Shown here in pieces: positions 57,501 to 64,000 of a stretch of 64,000 nucleotides of DNA. The notes below the pieces were generated by a model that saw only the letters and a list, made by a program, of their open reading frames with translations, ran no database searches and was not told the DNA's origin. Each line of letters begins with the position of its first letter. Position 1 is the first letter of the stretch. A program made the translations under genes and the position numbers. Origin of the DNA: an uncultured Bacteroidota bacterium (GTDB taxonomy: Bacteria; Bacteroidota; Bacteroidia; Flavobacteriales; Flavobacteriaceae); NCBI GenBank assembly GCA_902608795.1, contig CACLPI010000001.1, positions 5,354 to 69,353 on the forward strand, given 5' to 3'.

Positions 57501-58253
57501 AAAAAACCAAAAGCAGCAATATTAAGAGAAAAAGGCAGTAATAGTGAAAGAGAATTAGCTAATGCTCTACATATTGCAGGATTTGATGTTAAAGATATTC
57601 ATATGACCGACCTAATTTCTGGAAAAGAAACATTACAGGACATTAAATTTTTGGGTGCTGTTGGAGGTTTTTCTAACTCTGATGTTCTTGGTTCTGCCAA
57701 AGGATGGGCAGGATCATTTAAGTTTAATGATAGCGCAAAAAACGCACTTGAAAACTTTTTTTCAAGAAAGGATACTTTATCCATTGGTATATGTAATGGA
57801 TGTCAACTATTCATGGAGCTTGATTTAATATATCCAAAACATGAAAATCATGGAAAAATGACTTTCAATGATTCAAGAAAACATGAAAGTAATTTCACAT
57901 CAGTGAAAATAAACACTAATAATTCAATTATGTTAGGCTCGCTTGAACAATTAAATTTAGGTGTATGGATAAGCCATGGTGAGGGAAAGTTTAAACTTCC
58001 CTACCCAAAAGAAAATTATAATATAGTTGCGGAGTACGGATACCCGGATTATCCATCCAACCCAAATGGCTCAGATTATAATACAGCCATGCTAAGCAGT
58101 GATGATGGCAGACATCTTGTAACCATGCCGCATATAGAAAGATCAATATTTAAGTGGAATTGGGCATACTACAAGGATAACAGAGATGACATATTAAGTC
58201 CATGGATATTGGCATTTTTAAATGCCAAAAATTGGATATTAGAAAATTCCTAA
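54594..58253 (+). CDS. purL: Phosphoribosylformylglycinamidine synthase (single-chain large PurL)
   Basis: 1219 aa with ETHNFPT, GAATGSGGEIRD and a C-terminal glutamine amidotransferase domain (GICNGCQ). Confidence 0.95.
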   Translation: MISFFESKYQSVFAVQTKKSFSENEIKKLEWLFGNATFISDAKVSRDLIGPRAAMVSPWSTNAVEICHNMGLTSVARIEKYNLKSDDSNDFDPMLNERFNSLSQDLFKINIIPEKITNINDIEKYNQKEGLSLSLDEISYLNNVSKIINRELTDSEIFGFSQVNSEHCRHKIFNGKFIIDGQEKEESLFSLIKKTSKENPDNIVSAYKDNVAFVKGPKVIQFAPCKSDESNFYISKEIETVISLKAETHNFPTTVEPFNGAATGSGGEIRDRLAGGRGSIPLAGTAVYMTPYSRINNKEWENNIEERKWLYQTPVEILIKASNGASDFGNKFGQPLISGSLLTFENDNDGEIQSYDKVIMLAGGIGFANKEHSIKNKPEKDDLIVIMGGDNYRIGMGGAAVSSADTGEFSTGIELNAIQRSNPEMQKRVANAIRGTLENDKNCIVSIHDHGAGGHLNCLTELVEETGGFIKLDNLPIGDPTLSNKEIIGNESQERMGLIIKKENIDEFIRICERERAPVYIVGRVTDDNRFTIHSEKSNLSCVDLDLGHFFGSSPQTILKDKSISKKYNNIKYSNGLIHNYIERIFSLESVGCKDWLTNKVDRCVGGKVAKQQCVGELQLPLNNCGVMALDYSTKNGVATSIGHSPVSALIDPNAGSKNSIAEALTNIIWAPIENGLKGVSLSANWMWPCKNEGEDARLYKAVESVSKFAIELGINIPTGKDSLSMNQKYENIEVKSPGTVIVSATAHCNNISNIIEPLFKLDKGSIFYINLSSDDFKLGGSAFSQIIGNIGNNTPTINDSKYFVNVFETIQKMIKNNLITAGHDIGSGGFITSLMEMCFSTKNIGANIDLSSLNENDTVKILFSENCGIIIQGKDDKIEKELINNGIAAHKIGKVINENKLKIKNQENEFLFDLEKYRDYWFHTSTLLDRMQTSNNLADARFENYKNQPLKFKFPKNFNGSLIKLPSGKKPKAAILREKGSNSERELANALHIAGFDVKDIHMTDLISGKETLQDIKFLGAVGGFSNSDVLGSAKGWAGSFKFNDSAKNALENFFSRKDTLSIGICNGCQLFMELDLIYPKHENHGKMTFNDSRKHESNFTSVKINTNNSIMLGSLEQLNLGVWISHGEGKFKLPYPKENYNIVAEYGYPDYPSNPNGSDYNTAMLSSDDGRHLVTMPHIERSIFKWNWAYYKDNRDDILSPWILAFLNAKNWILENS

Positions 58254-58291
58254 CTTTTCGGAATAATATTTGCCTTTATTAAAGTAAAAAA

Positions 58292-60694
58292 TTGATGAAA
58301 AAAAATTTGTTTTTTCTTTTTTTAATTCTAATTACCGGACTTGGTTATTCCCAGCATTCAGATATTTTCTATAAAATCAAAATCAATTATTCAAATCAGG
58401 AGGATTTATTGAAGCTTTCCAATAGTGGAGTTTGTATTGACCATGGTTTACATAAAAAAAATCATTTTTTTATTTCTGATTTTTCATGGGACGATTTAGA
58501 AAAAATTACCTCTTTAGGTCTAACATATGATATATTAATCGATGATGTAGTTAACTTTTATCAAAATAGAAACAAGTCTAAATCTGATATTAAATCAAAT
58601 GAGTTTTGTGATTCTGGAAATGATGATTATACCACTCCAGAAAACTATGATATAAAAGATGGAAACGATTTTGGTGGTTTTTACACTTATGATGAAATGA
58701 TAAGTGAAATTGATGACATGTATAATCAATATCCAACTTTAATTTCTCAAAGGACTGATTTAAAAGATAATAATTATAATGGAACACCTCATATACATGA
58801 AACTTATGAAGGAAGATTTTTGCAAATGGTTAAAATATCTGACAATCCAAATGTAGATGAAGATGAACCTCAAATTTTATACACTGCTCTTCACCACGCC
58901 AGAGAACCCGGATCTATGCAACAATTGATTTTTTTTATGTGGTATTTACTTGAGAATTACGATTCAAATGATAGTATTAAACAGATTATAGATAACTCGG
59001 AGTTGTATTTTGTTCCTTGTGTTAATCCTGACGGATACATTTACAACGAGACTAGCGAACCAAGTGGCGGTGGAATGTGGAGAAAAAACAGAAGGGATAA
59101 TCAAGGAGTGGATAATAATAGAAATTATTCTTACATTGACGAGAATGGTAACGAAGTCTGGAATACCTCTGGTACGTCAAATAATCCAAATGGTAGTACC
59201 TATGCTGGGGATGAACCTTTTTCAGAAGCTGAAAATAGAGCTATTAGATACTTAGTTGAATCGAAAAATTTCAAACTAGCACTAAACAATCACACCTACG
59301 GAAATTTACTTTTATATCCATATGGATATGATTACAATCAACCAACTGAAGATAATGAGATTTATGAGTTTATATCCTCTGAACTTGTTAGCGAGAATAA
59401 TTATGATAATATAATAAGTGCAGACTTGTATCCCGCTGCAGGTGACAGTGATGATTTTATGTACGGTATGCTAATCACTGAAGATAATGAAACCAGAGAA
59501 AAAATATTTGCAATGACCCCAGAAATTGGGAGTTCATTTTGGCCTCAGGCATCAACTATTGAGGACCTATGTAAAGGTATGATACATTTGAATCTGACTG
59601 CTGCTAAAATGATAGGAAATTACACAAAACTAGAAGACAACACTCCAAATTTCATAGCTGACACAAATTTTCAGTCAAATTTTAGCATTCAAAGGCTTGG
59701 TATTATTGATAATGGAAATTTTTCTATTTCTTTAATTCCGATTTCAACAAATATTGATTCAGTATCATCAGAAATTAATTTAAACTCACTATCAATTGGT
59801 GAAATTATTTCAAGTAGTTTCCAAGTTAATTTAAATGAATCAATCAATGAGGGAGATAGTATTGTTTACAAATACATTGTAAATAATGGTTTGTACGAAG
59901 AAGAAATATTGATTAATAAAATATTCGGAGAACCTCAAATAATTATAGAAGATCAAAGCGATAATTACACCAATTACTGGAGTAATGATTCTGATTGGTC
60001 AAATACATACGAGGAATATTTTTCACCTGAGACTAGCATAACAGACTCACCATATTCGAATTACAGCAATAACTCACAAGAAATAATTGAATTATTAAAT
60101 ACTGTTGACCTTTCTGGTCTTATTTATGCAGAGATCAATTTTGATGCTAAGTGGAATATAGAATCTGGATATGATTATGTACAATTGGAAATTTCAACTG
60201 ATAATGGAAACTCATGGATTCCACAATGTGGAAAATATACAACCAAAGGAATTGAAACTCATGATTATGCCGTAGATGAGCCACTGTATGATGGCAATCA
60301 ATCTGATTGGATAAATGAAAGCATTTCTTTAACAGATTATTTGGGTGAAGAAATTTTAGCAAGATTTAAACTATATACGGATGATGGATTACGTAGAGAT
60401 GGATTCTATTTTGATAATTTCAAAATTATGGGTATTTCAGAAAACTTAAATAATAATGAGATTGTTCAAACTATTTTTAAAATATACCCAAACCCTGTAA
60501 ACAATTACATCAATATTTATTCAAATAATGAAATATCTAAGATTGAAATTTATGATTTATTAGGTAAAAATCTTTTGGTAAAACAAAAAGAAAACTTAGA
60601 TAGAGTAAACGTAACTCAACTAGTTTCTGGGGTTTACTTAGTCAAAATATTTTCTAGAGAAATGATTGAAATTAAGAGAATTATAAAAAAATAA
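58292..60694 (+). CDS. M14 family zinc carboxypeptidase with T9SS C-terminal sorting domain
   Basis: The HHAREP zinc-binding motif and NPDGY. The C-terminal IYPNPVNNYINIY...GVYLVKI is a Por/T9SS secretion tail. TTG 58292 is followed by ATG 58295. Confidence 0.85.
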   Translation: MMKKNLFFLFLILITGLGYSQHSDIFYKIKINYSNQEDLLKLSNSGVCIDHGLHKKNHFFISDFSWDDLEKITSLGLTYDILIDDVVNFYQNRNKSKSDIKSNEFCDSGNDDYTTPENYDIKDGNDFGGFYTYDEMISEIDDMYNQYPTLISQRTDLKDNNYNGTPHIHETYEGRFLQMVKISDNPNVDEDEPQILYTALHHAREPGSMQQLIFFMWYLLENYDSNDSIKQIIDNSELYFVPCVNPDGYIYNETSEPSGGGMWRKNRRDNQGVDNNRNYSYIDENGNEVWNTSGTSNNPNGSTYAGDEPFSEAENRAIRYLVESKNFKLALNNHTYGNLLLYPYGYDYNQPTEDNEIYEFISSELVSENNYDNIISADLYPAAGDSDDFMYGMLITEDNETREKIFAMTPEIGSSFWPQASTIEDLCKGMIHLNLTAAKMIGNYTKLEDNTPNFIADTNFQSNFSIQRLGIIDNGNFSISLIPISTNIDSVSSEINLNSLSIGEIISSSFQVNLNESINEGDSIVYKYIVNNGLYEEEILINKIFGEPQIIIEDQSDNYTNYWSNDSDWSNTYEEYFSPETSITDSPYSNYSNNSQEIIELLNTVDLSGLIYAEINFDAKWNIESGYDYVQLEISTDNGNSWIPQCGKYTTKGIETHDYAVDEPLYDGNQSDWINESISLTDYLGEEILARFKLYTDDGLRRDGFYFDNFKIMGISENLNNNEIVQTIFKIYPNPVNNYINIYSNNEISKIEIYDLLGKNLLVKQKENLDRVNVTQLVSGVYLVKIFSREMIEIKRIIKK

Positions 60695-60713
60695 AAGAGG
60701 TGCTTTTAAAAAT

Positions 60714-61511
60714 TCAAAACTCTCTTTTTTTATTTAATTCCCTTTCCCCATTTAATTCATTTTGTGGAACAACCTTCAAAAATTTTTCATGTTGTTCAAT
60801 GGAATAAGCTATTTTTTCAATAATTTGTTCAGTCGACTCGTTCTCATAATCAATTTCGATTGGATCCTTTATAATCATAGTTTGAAGGATATTTTTTTTC
60901 TTAACTCTTAAACCTTTTTTATCAAAAGATCTGCGGAATCCATCAATAACAATGGGAACAACGACTGGTTTAAATTTTTTTATCAAATAGGCGGTGCCTT
61001 TTCTTACAGGTTTGAAAGGAGTTATAGTACCTTGAGGAAAGGTAATAACCCAACCATCATTTAATGCTTTTCCAATATTTGAAATATCGCTAAATTTCAC
61101 TTTTCTGTTTACATCTTCTCCATTACTTCTCCACGTCCTTTCTATGCTCACTGAACCCGCATAAGCTAAGATCTTTGGAATTAATCCAGCATTCATAGTT
61201 TCTTTTGCAGCTATAAAATATATATTAAGTTTTGGGTTCCATAAGTAGCTAATATTTTTAATGGAATCAACTCTGCCTTTTAAACTAGCATTAAATACAT
61301 GAAACATTGCTACAACATCAGCAAAATATGTCTGATGATTTGAAATAAAAAGTACATTAGAATCTTTTAAATTTCTGATAATTTCAGACCCCTCTATTTT
61401 TAATTCATTAAAGCCCCGATATCTGCGGTGACTGTAGGCGCCAAGTAATCTTATAAGCCACTTTTTTAAAAAGAGTATATGACCAAAAGGGTTTCTTTTA
61501 AAAATTTGCAT
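60714..61511 (-). CDS. Lysophospholipid (1-acyl-sn-glycerol-3-phosphate-type) acyltransferase
   Basis: NHQTYFAD (HX4D acyltransferase motif) and FPQGT. Confidence 0.8.
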   Translation of the reverse strand: MQIFKRNPFGHILFLKKWLIRLLGAYSHRRYRGFNELKIEGSEIIRNLKDSNVLFISNHQTYFADVVAMFHVFNASLKGRVDSIKNISYLWNPKLNIYFIAAKETMNAGLIPKILAYAGSVSIERTWRSNGEDVNRKVKFSDISNIGKALNDGWVITFPQGTITPFKPVRKGTAYLIKKFKPVVVPIVIDGFRRSFDKKGLRVKKKNILQTMIIKDPIEIDYENESTEQIIEKIAYSIEQHEKFLKVVPQNELNGERELNKKREF

Positions 61512-61530
61512 AGCTTATCTTATTTAAAAT

Positions 61531-62469
61531 TTAAAGAGCTGCTAAGTATCTCTCAGCATCTAATGCAGCCATACAACCCGTTCCAGCTGCAGTTATTGCT
61601 TGCCTGTAGGTATGATCTGCTGCATCACCAGAAACAAAAACTCCCTCAACATTAGTTTTGGTTGAACCTAGTTCATTGATAATATAGCCTGTTGAATCCA
61701 TATCTAAAAAAGGCTTAAAAATATCAGTGTTTGGCTTGTGCCCTATCGCAACAAAAAAACCAGTTGCTGGTATTTCTTTCAACTCCTCTGAGATATTATT
61801 TTTGGTTAGTATCGATGTAACAACTTGACCATCACCCTTTACCTCCAATGTTGATGTGTTAAAAAGAATTTCGATATTTTCCGTTTTCTTTACCCTTTCT
61901 TGCATAATTTTTGAAGCTCGAAATTCATCCTTTCTTACAAGCATTGTTACCTTACTACATAATTTTGAGAGATAATGAGCCTCCTCACATGCAGAATCAC
62001 CACCACCAACAATTACAACTTCCTGATTCTTGTAAAAAAACCCGTCACATACAGCGCAAGCTGACACTCCACCTCCAGACTCTAAGTATTTTTTTTCTGA
62101 TTCCAAACCTAAATATTTTGCTGAAGCGCCTGTAGAAATAATTACAGTTTTACATTCTAACTCGTGTTCGTTATTAACCCATAATTTTAGTTGATTATTA
62201 AAATCAACCTTAGTTATCCATCCATTTCTTATATCGGTACCAAATCTTTCAGCTTGCTTTTGTAATTCAATCATCATTTCGGGACCTGATATCCCATCAG
62301 GGTAGCCGGGAAAATTTTCTACATCAGTAGTGGTGGTCAACTGACCTCCAGGTTGTATTCCTTGATACAAAACTGGACTCATATTTGCTCTTGCAGCATA
62401 TATTGCTGCAGTATATCCGGCAGGACCTGATCCGATAATAAGACAATTTATTTTTTCACTCATCAACAT
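61531..62469 (-). CDS. trxB: Thioredoxin-disulfide reductase
   Basis: IIGSGPAGYTAAIYAARA, the redox-active CAVCDG and GGGDSACEEA motifs. Confidence 0.95.
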   Translation of the reverse strand: MLMSEKINCLIIGSGPAGYTAAIYAARANMSPVLYQGIQPGGQLTTTTDVENFPGYPDGISGPEMMIELQKQAERFGTDIRNGWITKVDFNNQLKLWVNNEHELECKTVIISTGASAKYLGLESEKKYLESGGGVSACAVCDGFFYKNQEVVIVGGGDSACEEAHYLSKLCSKVTMLVRKDEFRASKIMQERVKKTENIEILFNTSTLEVKGDGQVVTSILTKNNISEELKEIPATGFFVAIGHKPNTDIFKPFLDMDSTGYIINELGSTKTNVEGVFVSGDAADHTYRQAITAAGTGCMAALDAERYLAAL

Positions 62470-62482
62470 TTTATTTGATTAA

Positions 62483-62490
62483 CAAAAATA
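62483..62490 (-). promoter_or_regulatory. Putative -7 box (TATTTTTG) for trxB
   Basis: Exact TAnnTTTG on the minus strand, 14 nt upstream of ATG 62469. Confidence 0.4.
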
Positions 62491-62557
62491 TGTAATTATT
62501 GTTTATTTGAGGTATTCATTTTAGCATTTAATAACTAGTTTTTTGTAATTTCATTAT

Positions 62558-63634
62558 ATGAAGATATTTGTTCAATTATTCGTTGTTTTTTATTTTATAA
62601 ATAATATATATTCTAATGAGTTAAAATATGAATTAGTAGTTGATAAGCTAGAGGTTCCATGGGCTTTTGTTTTTTTACCAGATAATTCGATATTAATAAC
62701 AGAAAGAAAGGGTGAATTAATCCATTTTAAAAATGGTGTCAGAAATAAGATCAAAAATCTTCCTGAAATAATCTCAAAAAATCAGGGAGGTCTTTTAGAT
62801 ATTGAGCTGCACCCAAATTACTCAGAGAATAACTGGATTTATATTTCCTATTCATCTTCTAATGATAAAAATCCTGGAACAAACACTACTATTTTAAGAT
62901 TTAAATTAAACAAGGATTCAGCAGAAAATCAAGAAATTATATATAAGGCTACCCCAAATAGTAAAAGAACTTTACATTATGGAAGTAGAATAGTTTTTGA
63001 TAAAGAAAATTATATTTTCTTCAGCATTGGTGATCGTGGAAATAGAGATCTTAATCCTCAAGATATTAGAAGAGATGGTGGTAAAATATATAGATTACAC
63101 GATGATGGAAGAATTCCGATTGACAACCCATTCGTAGATGAAAAAAATTCAAAAAAAGCAATATTCAGCTATGGACACCGAAATCCACAAGGCATGTTCT
63201 ATGATAAGAATGAAGATAAGATATGGATACATGAACATGGACCAAGAGGAGGAGATGAAATTAATATAATAAAGTCTGGTAATAATTATGGATGGCCATT
63301 AGCTAGTTATGGAATTAATTACATCGGAACAAAATTCACTGATAAAACCTCCATGAAAGGTATGATTGATCCAATTCATTATTGGGTTCCTTCAATTGCG
63401 CCAAGCGGAATGGTATATATTGATAATCCAAATTATCCGACATTGAATAAAAGTATACTGATCGGATCTTTAAAATTTGCTTATCTCCATCAATGTGTCA
63501 TTGATAATGGAAAAGTTATAAAAGAAAATAGATTGTTAGATAAGATTGGAAGGGTTAGGTCTATTGAATTAGACAATGATAAAAATATATATGTTGGAGT
63601 TGAAAACCTGGGTATTATTAAAATAATTGAATAG
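62558..63634 (+). CDS. PQQ-dependent sugar dehydrogenase (soluble aldose/sorbosone dehydrogenase, YliI-like)
   Basis: Signal peptide and a beta-propeller pattern. PWAFVFLPD, GGLLDIELHP, SYGHRNPQG, HGPRGGDEIN, NYGWP. Confidence 0.85.
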   Translation: MKIFVQLFVVFYFINNIYSNELKYELVVDKLEVPWAFVFLPDNSILITERKGELIHFKNGVRNKIKNLPEIISKNQGGLLDIELHPNYSENNWIYISYSSSNDKNPGTNTTILRFKLNKDSAENQEIIYKATPNSKRTLHYGSRIVFDKENYIFFSIGDRGNRDLNPQDIRRDGGKIYRLHDDGRIPIDNPFVDEKNSKKAIFSYGHRNPQGMFYDKNEDKIWIHEHGPRGGDEINIIKSGNNYGWPLASYGINYIGTKFTDKTSMKGMIDPIHYWVPSIAPSGMVYIDNPNYPTLNKSILIGSLKFAYLHQCVIDNGKVIKENRLLDKIGRVRSIELDNDKNIYVGVENLGIIKIIE

Positions 63635-63635
63635 C

Positions 63636-64000
63636 ATGTTTATTATAGGAATCACGGGAGGAACAGGTAGTGGTAAAACTACAATTATTAATAAAATAAG
63701 TAATTTCTTTGACCAATCAGCTGTTGGCTTTTTATCGTCAGATTCATATTATAAAGAGAATAATAATTTAAATTTTAGCGACAGAGATAAGTTAAATTAT
63801 GACACACCTGATGCGATAGACTTTGATTTACTAAATAATCACATTAAACTTCTAAAAACTGGCCAAAATATTAATGTACCTCAATACTCTTTTAGCTCTC
63901 ACCTAAGACTTAAAACCTCAACATTGTTCAAACCAAAAAAAATTTTAATAATTGAAGGAATATTAATTCTTAGTAATAGAACTTTAAAAAATCAAATTAA
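63636..64000 (+). CDS. udk: Uridine kinase (3' end cut by window edge)
   Basis: Manual translation from ATG 63636 gives MFIIGITGGTGSGKTTI...SSDSYYK...NYDTPDAIDFDLL...VPQYSF.....IIEGIL. The frame is open to the end of the window. Confidence 0.85.
   Translation, partial: MFIIGITGGTGSGKTTIINKISNFFDQSAVGFLSSDSYYKENNNLNFSDRDKLNYDTPDAIDFDLLNNHIKLLKTGQNINVPQYSFSSHLRLKTSTLFKPKKILIIEGILILSNRTLKNQI

Noticed and set aside
1-64000. I looked for CRISPR repeats, long tandem or inverted repeats, IS or transposase genes, phage genes, toxin-antitoxin pairs, retron or group II intron reverse transcriptases, riboswitch-sized leaders and rRNA.
   Set aside because: None was found. The longest non-coding stretches are about 270 nt (containing tRNA-His and two terminators) and about 140 nt. 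Apart from a few conserved-DUF or orphan genes noted above (DUF2911, DUF4290, DUF975-like, DUF6580, DUF4199, a 189-aa membrane/TPR-like protein and the operon orphans), every ORF over 100 aa that is not an antisense shadow has a housekeeping or metabolic assignment.

Overview
AT-rich (roughly 30% GC by eye), extremely gene-dense chromosomal segment: about 58 protein genes, 2 tRNAs and almost no non-coding DNA. Many neighbouring genes overlap by 1-4 nt. The gene content points to a streamlined, probably marine, Flavobacteriia (Bacteroidota) genome. Supporting signs are a T9SS C-terminal sorting domain, a fused CcsB-CcsA cytochrome c biogenesis protein, the DUF4290-murA pair, bshB1, and recurrent TAnnTTTG -7 promoter boxes in place of Shine-Dalgarno-type leaders. 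Most of the window is ordinary housekeeping: rpsF-rpsR-rplI, rpmH, rpmE, hisS, priA, carB, purB, purL, fmt, rlmH, rdgB, mtaB, trxB and udk, plus peptidases and transporters. I see no CRISPR array, transposase, integrase, phage genes or recognisable defence or toxin modules, and I do not claim a clear-cut novel system. The best candidate for under-described biology is a tightly translationally coupled operon of about 12 genes (15121-21886). It is built around two cryptochrome/photolyase-family genes plus aquaporin, flavin reductase, DUF2256, TIGR03643/DUF2805, an atypical SDR, glutathione peroxidase, an SRPBCC protein and two orphan ORFs. Its PhrB/FeS-BCP-type member appears to lack the Fe-S cluster cysteines. 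Other notable points: murA is split by a +1 frameshift in a T7 homopolymer; tRNA-His carries two adjacent U:U mismatches in its acceptor stem; two small genes (DUF2256 and rpmH) are missing from the ORF track; and a strong terminator sits directly in front of hisS.
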